Assembly: GCF_032061965.1 (NCBI RefSeq)
Contig: NZ_DAMBEF010000016.1
Coordinates: forward strand, 1,003 to 65,002
DNA: 64,000 nucleotides
Direction: 5' to 3'
DNA from: Stenotrophomonas sp.
GTDB taxonomy: Bacteria; Pseudomonadota; Gammaproteobacteria; Xanthomonadales; Xanthomonadaceae
The notes under the pieces were generated by a model. The model did not search any database. It was not told the DNA's origin and saw only the letters and a list, made by a program, of their open reading frames with translations. Both the position numbers and the translations under genes were made by a program. Of this stretch, positions 38,597-46,296 are shown piece by piece (the stretch's first letter is position 1; the number at the start of each line of letters is the position of its first letter).

Positions 38597-40257
38597 GTTT
38601 GTGCCCGTTGGTTCTGGGTGCCGGCGCGGTCACGCCGGATCACCTGTTTCACACGTGGATTGCGCAACGTCACTTCCAGCAACAACCAGCTCAGGAAGCA
38701 GATCGCCACCCAGCCACTGAGTGCGAAGACGTCGTTGAATGCCCGCACATTGGCCTCGCGTTTGGCGGTCGCCGCCAGCGCGGCACTGGCCTGTGCCTTG
38801 AGTTGTACCGGGTCGGTGATGACGCGGGCGTAGGCTTGTTGCTGCAGTTGCAGGCGGCGCGCCACCTGCGGGTCGGCGGGGTTGAGCTGGCTCACCAGCG
38901 CCGTCGAATAGATGTGCTCGCGGTGCAACTGGTAGCTGCTGAGCAGGGCCGAGCCGGCCAGGCTGCCAAAGCTCTGGGTCAGCGACAGGATCACGATGAA
39001 GGACACGATGTGGTCCAGCCCGCGCGCCATCGCCTGGCGGATACCCATCAGCATCAGCGGGCCCATGAACATGCCGCTGCCCACCGCCGCGAAGAACTGG
39101 CTGAGGGCAAAGTCCATCGGCCGGTCCAGGCTGGTGCGGTGCTGGTCGAGGAAGGCAGCAGTGCCCAGCAGGATGATCGAGGTCAGCAGCTGGGGGATCA
39201 GCGCCTTGGGGCCGAAAGTCAGCGCACCGGCGGCGATGCCGACCAGCACGCCGATCAGGATCACCCCGAACAAGGGCGCCATTTGATCCGGCCCCATGCC
39301 CAGCGTGCGCATCATCGTGATCATCCCGTAGGACTGCTCGTTGGTCAGGAAGCGGATCAGGAAGGCGCCGACGATGAAGCGCAGCATCACCGGACCCATC
39401 AGCCAGCGCACCTGCAGCAGCGGGCTGCGGCGCTGGTGCTCGATGCACAGGCCAGCGGTGATCAGCACCACGGCGGTGGCCAACGCCCAGCCCAGCCAGG
39501 GAGAATCGAACCACCAATGCAGATAGCCCTGGCTCAGCACCACCACCAGCAAGGCCAGCCCGGGCGCGAGCAGGGCGAAGGTGAGGAAATCCTTGCGTTC
39601 GAATACCTTGATCTGGATGCCGGGCGGCAGCTTCAGCACCACCACCGCCGCGAACGAACACAGCGCCAGGCCGGCTTCGAACAGATACAGGTTCTGCCAC
39701 TCGCCATGGTCGAGCAGGCTGGGCGACAGCAGCCAGGCCAGTGGCACCGCCAGCTGCGACAGGCCCACGCCGATCACCAGCAGGTTGCCGACATATTTGC
39801 GCGGCAGTGCCTGCAGCATGTACAGCGTGCCAAGGGTAGTGCAGGCAGCGCCGGCAAAGCCGCTGCCGGCACGTACCAGCAGCGTGGTGGTGGTATTGCC
39901 GACAAACAGGTGCAGCACGGCCAGCGCAGCGTATGTGCCCAGGCCGATCTCGGCGAATAGACGGATGCCGTACTCCTGGCGGAACTTGAACACCAGCAGG
40001 TTGGCACTGACGTTGACCATCAGATAGGCGGCGACCAGCCAGTTTGCCTCGCTGGCCTGCAGGCCCATCTGGCCGGTGATCCACGGCAGGTTGGCGCTGA
40101 TCAGCGCGTTGCCCAGGCCGCCGGTGATGGCAACCAGCACCGCTACTGCGGCATAGGCCGCGCGCCGGTAGGGTGGGTGCCAAGGCATCGAGGCCGAGCC
40201 GGGCAGGGTGGGCTTTTCGTGTTCCTCCCAATCCGGAATGGGTTTGAGCGGTTTCAT
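38593..40257 (-). CDS. MFS efflux transporter (DHA2/EmrB-like, ~14 TM)
   Basis: 554 aa with many TM segments. Sits between the TetR and HlyD-family genes with 4-bp overlaps on both sides. Confidence 0.85.
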   Translation of the reverse strand: MKPLKPIPDWEEHEKPTLPGSASMPWHPPYRRAAYAAVAVLVAITGGLGNALISANLPWITGQMGLQASEANWLVAAYLMVNVSANLLVFKFRQEYGIRLFAEIGLGTYAALAVLHLFVGNTTTTLLVRAGSGFAGAACTTLGTLYMLQALPRKYVGNLLVIGVGLSQLAVPLAWLLSPSLLDHGEWQNLYLFEAGLALCSFAAVVVLKLPPGIQIKVFERKDFLTFALLAPGLALLVVVLSQGYLHWWFDSPWLGWALATAVVLITAGLCIEHQRRSPLLQVRWLMGPVMLRFIVGAFLIRFLTNEQSYGMITMMRTLGMGPDQMAPLFGVILIGVLVGIAAGALTFGPKALIPQLLTSIILLGTAAFLDQHRTSLDRPMDFALSQFFAAVGSGMFMGPLMLMGIRQAMARGLDHIVSFIVILSLTQSFGSLAGSALLSSYQLHREHIYSTALVSQLNPADPQVARRLQLQQQAYARVITDPVQLKAQASAALAATAKREANVRAFNDVFALSGWVAICFLSWLLLEVTLRNPRVKQVIRRDRAGTQNQRAQT

Positions 40258-40823
40258 TTGGCTTCCGGCGAAACCGGCGCGGACAGGCCGGGACGCAGCA
40301 ATTCAATCGCACGCCGTGCGAGGGTGGCGCGATCTTCGGCGGTACGCCCGCGCAGGGCCGCGCCCAGCATGCTGGAGATCAGTGAGATATCGGCCAGTTC
40401 CAGGTCCGGCCGGCACAGGCCGGCGGCCTTGGCGCGCTGCAGGGCCGGAGCCGACAGTTTGAGGATATGCTCGCGCGCCGCCTTGATGGCGGGGTCGTCG
40501 CGGTCCACCGCACGCCAGTAGTCGGCCAGGGCGGGGGAATGCACGATGCGCCGTGCCATGCCCTTGATCAGCTCGAACAAGGCGTCGTCGCGATCGCCCA
40601 GTTCCTGCAGGTGGGCCTCGATTTTCTCCACGGTTCGTTGCAGCAGCGCTTCAACCAGCGCAGTGCGGTCGGGGAAGTTGCGGTACAGGGTGGCGCGGCC
40701 GACGCCGGCGCGTTCCACCACCAGATCAAGCGGGGCGGTGATGCCGTGCTCGCCGAACACGGCGTCGGCCGCGTCCAATAGCAAGGCGCGACGCGCGGCG
40801 GCATCGGAACGAATGGAAGTCAT
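40254..40823 (-). CDS. TetR family transcriptional regulator
   Basis: ORF trimmed to ATG 40823. N-terminal HTH LLDAADAVFGEHGITAPLDLVVERAGVGRATLYRNF. Confidence 0.85.
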   Translation of the reverse strand: MTSIRSDAAARRALLLDAADAVFGEHGITAPLDLVVERAGVGRATLYRNFPDRTALVEALLQRTVEKIEAHLQELGDRDDALFELIKGMARRIVHSPALADYWRAVDRDDPAIKAAREHILKLSAPALQRAKAAGLCRPDLELADISLISSMLGAALRGRTAEDRATLARRAIELLRPGLSAPVSPEAK

Positions 40824-40899
40824 GCGGCATATGATCCGGACAAAAGTGTCCGGTTTCAATGGGCGGCATCAAACAGCACGTTGCAGCGCGCCGTTTGGT

Positions 40900-42111
40900 T
40901 CAGCTGGTGGCGAGCCTGCGCTGCAGCGGCGCCTCGCGGATGGGCAGGTTGACCAGCGCTGCCGCGACGGCCAGCAGCATGTCCGCGTACCACATCCAGC
41001 TGAAGTCGCCGCCATATTCCAACGCCACGCCGCCCAGCCAGGCGCCGAAGAATGCGCCGATCTGGTGCGAGAGCAGGGTCAGGCCGAACAAGGTGCCCAT
41101 ATGCCGAGGCCCGAACAGCTTGCCGACCAAACCGGCCGTCGGCGGCACCGTGGCCAGCCAGGTAAAGCCGAGCGCAGCGGCGAACACATAGAACGTCATC
41201 GGCGTGGGCGGCGAAACCAGATAGACGCCTATCAGCACGGCGCGGCTGAGGTACATCCAGAACAGCAGCCACTTCATGCGGAAGCGCTCACCGAGCGCGC
41301 CGATGATCAGGCTGCCGGCGACGTTGAACAGGCCGATCAGCGCGATCGAGATCGAAGCCACATTGGGGGAGAGCCCGCACAGCGCGATTTCACCCGGAAG
41401 GTGAGTCACCAGGAAGGCGATATGCACGCCACAGGTGAAAAAACCCAGGTGCAGGCACCAGTAGCTGCGGTCGCGCAGCGCGCGCTGCAATTGCGGGCGC
41501 AGCGCCTCGCCGTCGACGGCCCCGTTGTTGCGTGGGGCGCGCTTGCGTAGCGGCCAGGCCAGCGGCAGCGACAGCACCACGATGAAGGCCAGCGCATACA
41601 CGGTCTTGATCCAGCCGAAGGCGCTCAGCAACAACTGCACCAGTGGTGCGAACAGGAACTGTCCCAGCGAGCCGCCCGCGTTGATGATGCCGGCTGCCAT
41701 CGAGCGCTTCTGCGCGGGGATGCGCCAGGCGGTGGCGCCGATCAGCACCGAGAAGCTGCCGGCACCGGCACCTGCGGCGAGCAACAGGCCGAAGCTGAGA
41801 TTGAGCCCCCAGGCGCCGGGCAGCAGGGGAGCCGCCACCAGCCCGACCGCCAGCAGCAGGCCGCCGCCGATGAGTACCGGCAACGGGCCACGTTGATCGG
41901 CCATCGCCCCGAACAAGGGTTGCACCGCACCCCAGACGAACTGGCCAATGGCCAGCGAAAAACTGATCTGGGCGATGCCCAGGCCGGTGGAAACATGGAT
42001 GGGGTCGATCAGCAGGCCGCTGGTCTGGCGCACGCCCATGGTCACCATCAGGATGCTGGAGGCGGCCAGCAAGAGCAGCCAGGGCGTCCGTGTGGGGGAT
42101 GTGTTGTTCAT
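40900..42111 (-). CDS. MFS transporter
   Basis: 403 aa with 12 TM segments. The start overlaps the MarR gene stop by 4 bp. Confidence 0.85.
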   Translation of the reverse strand: MNNTSPTRTPWLLLLAASSILMVTMGVRQTSGLLIDPIHVSTGLGIAQISFSLAIGQFVWGAVQPLFGAMADQRGPLPVLIGGGLLLAVGLVAAPLLPGAWGLNLSFGLLLAAGAGAGSFSVLIGATAWRIPAQKRSMAAGIINAGGSLGQFLFAPLVQLLLSAFGWIKTVYALAFIVVLSLPLAWPLRKRAPRNNGAVDGEALRPQLQRALRDRSYWCLHLGFFTCGVHIAFLVTHLPGEIALCGLSPNVASISIALIGLFNVAGSLIIGALGERFRMKWLLFWMYLSRAVLIGVYLVSPPTPMTFYVFAAALGFTWLATVPPTAGLVGKLFGPRHMGTLFGLTLLSHQIGAFFGAWLGGVALEYGGDFSWMWYADMLLAVAAALVNLPIREAPLQRRLATS

Positions 42112-42536
42112 GCGTGCAGCCCTTGTTCCAGCACATTGTTCAGGGCTTCCAGTTGCTGGTTGAGCGCTGCCGTACGCGTGCTGCCGAACAGCGTCTCGAT
42201 TTCTTCCTGCGCTTGTTGCCAGAGCGGGAAGGCCTTCTGCAGCCGACGCTTGCCGCTGGCGGTGATGTGCAGCTCGCGGCGGCGCGCATCTTCGCCGGGC
42301 CCGGAGCTGAGCAGGCCTGCTTCCAGCAACGGCTTGAGGTTGCGGGTGAGGGTGGTGCGATCCATGCCCAGCGCATCGGCCAGCTCGCCCAGCGGGCGGG
42401 GCTGGCTGGAGCGGCGCAGGATGGAATAGGCGTTGAGGCTCAGCTCGGCGGCGGCCAGGTGCCGGTCATAGACCTGGGACACACGGCGCGCGGCGCGGCG
42501 CAGTTGAAAGCAGGTGCAGGGGCTGGGGGTGTGCAT
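42108..42536 (-). CDS. MarR family transcriptional regulator
   Basis: Winged HTH LSLNAYSILRRSSQPRPLGELADALGMDRTTLTRNLKPLL. Confidence 0.85.
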   Translation of the reverse strand: MHTPSPCTCFQLRRAARRVSQVYDRHLAAAELSLNAYSILRRSSQPRPLGELADALGMDRTTLTRNLKPLLEAGLLSSGPGEDARRRELHITASGKRRLQKAFPLWQQAQEEIETLFGSTRTAALNQQLEALNNVLEQGLHA

Positions 42537-42618
42537 TGGCGTCGTCGGCAGGGCGATGGCCGGAGTTTATGTGTATATGCACGTAATTGCGAGTGGCGAC
42601 TGCCAGGTTTTGATGCGG

Positions 42619-42753
42619 TTGCTATTGCTATTGCTGTTGCTGTTGCTGTTGCTGCTTTTGCTTTTGCTTTTGCCTTTGCCTTTGTCTTTGCTCTTGCTCT
42701 GGCCCTTGCTTTGGCTCTTGCTCTTGCTTTGGCTTTGGCTTTGGCTTCGGCTG
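42619..42753 (+). repeat. (GCTRTT/GCTTTT/GCCTTT/GCTCTT/GCTTTG)n hexanucleotide microsatellite
   Basis: About 22 consecutive hexamers in the same orientation and family as 16586-16665. Produces poly-Leu / KSKSQS pseudo-ORFs. Confidence 0.9.
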
Positions 42754-42754
42754 T

Positions 42755-43090
42755 CCCTTCTCCCGCTTGCGGGGGAAGGTGCCCGGAGGGCGGATGGGGG
42801 GCGCTTTTGATCCACCCTTCTTGCACTTTTAAATGCGCTTCTCCGCAAGTTGGTCAGCGAAAAAAGCCACCTTGCGGTGGCTTTCATCTGTGCTCGGCTT
42901 GTAGGGGGCAGAGGCTAAAGGGCAGAAACAAAGAGCAGAAACAAAGAGCGGAAGCAGAAGCTTGCCCTCACCCCTACCCCTCTCCCGCAGGCGGGAGAGG
43001 GGACAGCAAAGGCTGAAGCTCAAAGCGAAGCAACAGCTCAAAGCAACAGCTCAAAGCAACAGCTCAAAGCAACAGCTCAAAGCAACAGCC
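42755..43090. repeat. composite REP island ending in a 13-bp tandem repeat
   Basis: TCCCTTCTCCCGCTTGCGGGGGAAGGTGCCCG (42755-42786, same family as 32448); GCAGAAACAAAGA x2 (about 42921-42947); CCCCTCTCCCGCAGGCGGGAGAGGGG (about 42976-43002); AGCTCAAAGCAAC x about 4.5 (43017-43090; AGCTC at 43035, 43048, 43061, 43074). Confidence 0.9.
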
Positions 43091-43114
43091 CTGATTGTTG
43101 TCGCCAGCCACCGC

Positions 43115-45322
43115 TTAGAACCAGGCGCGGATACCAAACGCCACGCCTCGCCCCGGCAACGGCGAATAGTCACGTAGCAACGAGGTATGCGGACGCGCTT
43201 CGCGGTTGGTCAGGTTGCTGCCATCGAGGAATACTTCATAGCTGTTGTCGCCGCTGCGATCCCAACGGTAAGCGAGGTGGGCATCGACCAACGTATAGCT
43301 GCTGCTGGGCTCTTCGTTCAGCGCGACATCCTTCTGGCTGCCATAGCGCACCGCGCCCAGCGAGGCACGCCAGCCGCCCAGCGACCAGTGCAGGTCGGCG
43401 CCAACGCGGGCAGGTGCGATACGTGGCAGGTAGCCACCATTGGCCAGCTCGACGTTGTAGTGGTGCGCATGATCACCGTGCGGTACGGCGATATCGACGT
43501 TGCGGCTGCCGCTCCCATCCAGCTCTGCCTTCACATAGTCACCAAACACGCGCAGGTCCCAGTCACCGGACAGGCCTTCGATCATGTGCCAGGTTGCCTC
43601 GGCTTCGGCGCCCTTGAAGGTGGCGTCGTTCTGGGTCCAGGCGCGTACCGGAAGGCCACCTTCGGCCACGCCGGTGTCGGCGAGGTAGATGAAATCCTTG
43701 AACTTGGTCTGGTAGATCGCCGCCTGCACATCGATACGCTCGTTGTGCGCGTGCAGCCCCAGCTCGACGCGTTGGCCGCGCTCGGTGTCCATGTTGGCGT
43801 TGCCGATTTCCAGCGAGCGCGTGGCGATATGCGCGCCGGCGGCGTACAGCTCCTCATTGGTCGGTGCACGCTCGGACGCATCCACGCCGAAGCGCAGGTC
43901 GAAGGTGTCGTTCAAGGTCCAGATGCCCGAGGCGGACAGGTTGGTCGCGCCAAAGCTGCGGTTGCGCTGGGCATCGTCAGTATCCAGCTTGACCCTGTCA
44001 TGGCGGGCGCCCAGTTCCAGCTTGAACGGGCCGAACTGCTTCTCCTGCAGCACGAACGCACCCAACGTGTCGGTAGTGGTGCCGGGCACGAAGGCTTCCT
44101 CACCGATCGCACCAAAATCGCTATTGCCGAACTGCAGGCCGAAGGCACCGTCCCAACCGGCCAGTGGTTGCTGCACCGCTTCCAGGCGGCCTTCAAAACC
44201 CTTGTTGGTGAAGCGGGTGGAGGGCGTGCCGGCTTCCAGTTCGGTGTGCTCGTAGTCGGTGTAGCCGCCGCGCAGGGTCACGCTCTTCAGGAACGAGGTC
44301 GGGTTGTACAGGCCGCCCTTCAGGTCGAAGCGGTTCTGCACCATGTCGATGCGCACGTCGTGTTCTTCGCCTTCTTCTTCTTCATGCGCGTGGTCGTGGT
44401 CATCGTCGCCATGATCGTGGCCATGGTCGTCGTCGGCATGCACGTGGGCGCCATTGGGGATGCCGTAGTTGCTGCGGTAGGTGCCCAGCGATGCGCCGAG
44501 GTAGCCGCTTTCGCCGAACCAGGTCGCGCCGACGCCGCCGGCACGCGTGCGCACCGAGCTGTTGTCCAGGCGGCCGCGGGTGCCGAGCTCGTCGCTGTCG
44601 GCGTCATGGCCACCATGGCCGTCGGCGTCCAGTGCATGCGGGTCGATCGCATAACCGGGGATGCGGTAGTCATCGCCGTTGCGGATCAGGCCATCGACAT
44701 GCAGGACCAGATTGTCGCCGCTGACCCCATCCAGGCGGAACATGCCGCTGCGTTCTTCATTGACCGAATTGCCACGCAGCTCGGCGCGGCCGCTGAGCGG
44801 GCGGTCCGGCACCTCGCTGGCAATGCGGCCATCCACTACGTTGACCGCGCCGCCAATCGCGCCGCTGCCGAACAACAGGGTGGCCGGCCCCTTCAGGACT
44901 TCGATCTGATCAGCCAGGAACGGTTCGATGCTGGTGGCGTGGTCGGCGCTGACCGTGGAGGCATCCATATTGCCGACGCCATTGGAAACCACTGCCACGC
45001 GCGGGCCTTCCTGGCCGCGGATGATCGGCCGGCCCACGCCGGGACCGAAGAAGGTGCTCTGCACGCCCGGCAACTTGGCCACGGTATCGCCCAGGGTGCC
45101 GGATTTGTGTTCGTCCAGATCGGTGCCGGCCAGCACTTCCACCGGCCGGGCCAGGGAGTCGGCCGAACCTTGCAGCGGCGAGGCGGTGACCTTTACGGCG
45201 GTCAGTTCGGTGAGGTGGTGGCTCTGCCCGGCGTCGTCATCGGCGGCACTGGCGACGGCAGGCAGGGCGGCGGCAAGGGCGAGGAACAGCAGGTGGTGCT
45301 GGGTGCGACGGGGAAGGGGCAT
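43115..45322 (-). CDS. TonB-dependent receptor with His/Asp-rich loops (ZnuD-like candidate zinc receptor)
   Basis: ORF trimmed to ATG 45322 (signal peptide MPLPRRTQHHLLFLALAAALPAVASA). Plug domain, beta-barrel, C-terminal ...AFGIRAWF. Insert HVHADDDHGHDHGDDDHDHAHEEEEGEEHD. Confidence 0.9.
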   Translation of the reverse strand: MPLPRRTQHHLLFLALAAALPAVASAADDDAGQSHHLTELTAVKVTASPLQGSADSLARPVEVLAGTDLDEHKSGTLGDTVAKLPGVQSTFFGPGVGRPIIRGQEGPRVAVVSNGVGNMDASTVSADHATSIEPFLADQIEVLKGPATLLFGSGAIGGAVNVVDGRIASEVPDRPLSGRAELRGNSVNEERSGMFRLDGVSGDNLVLHVDGLIRNGDDYRIPGYAIDPHALDADGHGGHDADSDELGTRGRLDNSSVRTRAGGVGATWFGESGYLGASLGTYRSNYGIPNGAHVHADDDHGHDHGDDDHDHAHEEEEGEEHDVRIDMVQNRFDLKGGLYNPTSFLKSVTLRGGYTDYEHTELEAGTPSTRFTNKGFEGRLEAVQQPLAGWDGAFGLQFGNSDFGAIGEEAFVPGTTTDTLGAFVLQEKQFGPFKLELGARHDRVKLDTDDAQRNRSFGATNLSASGIWTLNDTFDLRFGVDASERAPTNEELYAAGAHIATRSLEIGNANMDTERGQRVELGLHAHNERIDVQAAIYQTKFKDFIYLADTGVAEGGLPVRAWTQNDATFKGAEAEATWHMIEGLSGDWDLRVFGDYVKAELDGSGSRNVDIAVPHGDHAHHYNVELANGGYLPRIAPARVGADLHWSLGGWRASLGAVRYGSQKDVALNEEPSSSYTLVDAHLAYRWDRSGDNSYEVFLDGSNLTNREARPHTSLLRDYSPLPGRGVAFGIRAWF

Positions 45323-45413
45323 GATGGTCTCTCTGTTACTGTGTATCACTGAGGTTGCAGGCTGAACCGTTGGCGGCAAGGGGAATGACGCAGACAGTTC
45401 GGGCGGGGACGAG

Positions 45414-45442
45414 GATTATGTTATATTATTCCATAACGTTCC
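45414..45442. promoter_or_regulatory. Zur-box-like AT-rich operator in the divergent TBDR / MerC-like promoter region
   Basis: GATTATGTTATATTATTCCATAACGTTCC. TGTTATA equals the left half of the enterobacterial Zur box core TGTTATAnTATAACA. The right half is 5/7 at canonical spacing, or CATAAC at +5. It is the only AT-rich patch in the intergenic region. Confidence 0.5.
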
Positions 45443-45461
45443 GTCGCCCCTGCTGGAAGTC

Positions 45462-45878
45462 ATGCCCACCCCATCCACCGGACTACCCAAATTCCTCGAT
45501 CGCTTTGGTGCGACCGGATCCTTGATCTGTGCGGTGCATTGCGCGTTGTTGCCGGCCTTGTTGGCGGTTGCGCCAGCCTTGGGCCTGTCGTTCTGGATGA
45601 GCGAGGGGGTGGAAGCCACCATCGTCATCTTCGTCACCGTGCTGGGCCTGTTCAGCCTGATCTGGGGCTATCTGCGCCACCGCGCGTTGTTTGCGCTGCT
45701 GCTGCTGGTGCCGGGGCTGCTGCTGCTATGGGCCGGGCTGCTGCATCCGGAACTGCACCATTCGCGTATCCCGCATGCCGTGGTGATGACGGTGGGCGGT
45801 GTGCTGGTCGGGTTGGCGCATGTGGTCAACCTGCGGCTGAACCATGTGCATGTGCATGACGCCAGCTGCGCACATTGA
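45462..45878 (+). CDS. MerC-family membrane protein
   Basis: 138 aa with four TM segments, CAVHCALLPALL motif in TM1 and His-rich C-terminus NHVHVHDASCAH. Confidence 0.7.
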   Translation: MPTPSTGLPKFLDRFGATGSLICAVHCALLPALLAVAPALGLSFWMSEGVEATIVIFVTVLGLFSLIWGYLRHRALFALLLLVPGLLLLWAGLLHPELHHSRIPHAVVMTVGGVLVGLAHVVNLRLNHVHVHDASCAH

Positions 45879-45983
45879 GGGGCGCATGGTAGGCTTCCTG
45901 TCCATGTGCGAGGGCGCTTGTTGCGGCCTCGCCAAACCCGTGCATGCACGGGGTAACTGATTACAAACCAAGGAGTTGACGAC

Positions 45984-46163
45984 ATGGGTAAGGGTGACCG
46001 TAAGACCGCCAAGGGCAAGCGCTACAACGCCAGCTACGGCAATTCGCGTTCGCACGTGAGCAAGGTGGCCGTGGGTGCAGCTGCGCCGGTCGCCAAGAAG
46101 ACTGTCGCCAAGGCCCCGGCCAAGAAGGCCGTTGCCAAGAAGACCGTCGCCAAGGCCGGCTGA
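45984..46163 (+). CDS. 30S ribosomal protein THX with Lys/Ala-rich C-terminal extension
   Basis: Not in the ORF track (59 aa). ATG 45984 lies 8 nt after AAGGAG. Translation is MGKGDRKTAKGKRYNASYGNSRSHVSKVAVGAAAPVAKKTVAKAPAKKAVAKKTVAKAG. A strong terminator follows. Confidence 0.8.
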   Translation: MGKGDRKTAKGKRYNASYGNSRSHVSKVAVGAAAPVAKKTVAKAPAKKAVAKKTVAKAG

Positions 46164-46183
46164 TCCAGCCAGGCAGTGGCAAG

Positions 46184-46214
46184 AAAAAAGCGGCGCATTG
46201 CGCCGCTTTTTTTT
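46184..46214. terminator. bidirectional rho-independent terminator (THX gene / convergent NPP gene)
   Basis: AAAAAA-GCGGCGC-ATT-GCGCCGC-TTTTTTTT. Confidence 0.8.
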
Positions 46215-46221
46215 GTGTCTT

Positions 46222-46282
46222 GATCCGGGTGCGCGGGATTCCCGGGTGCGGAATCCCGGGTGCGCTTCGCTTACCCGGGCTA
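46222..46282. repeat. GTAG-ended REP cluster of the CCCGGGTGCG...CTTACCCGGGCTAC family
   Basis: CCGGGTGCG occurs three times and the cluster ends in GCTTACCCGGGCTAC. Same family as 4679-4774. Confidence 0.8.
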
Positions 46283-46296
46283 CAGCGTTCCTGCAC

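Noticed and set aside
42440-43177. ORFs 42440..42826, 42514..42810, 42567..42887, 42829..43041 and 42962..43177.
   Set aside because: They are poly-Leu, KAKAKA or KSKSQS translations of the hexamer and 13-bp repeats, in mutually overlapping frames. Not coding.
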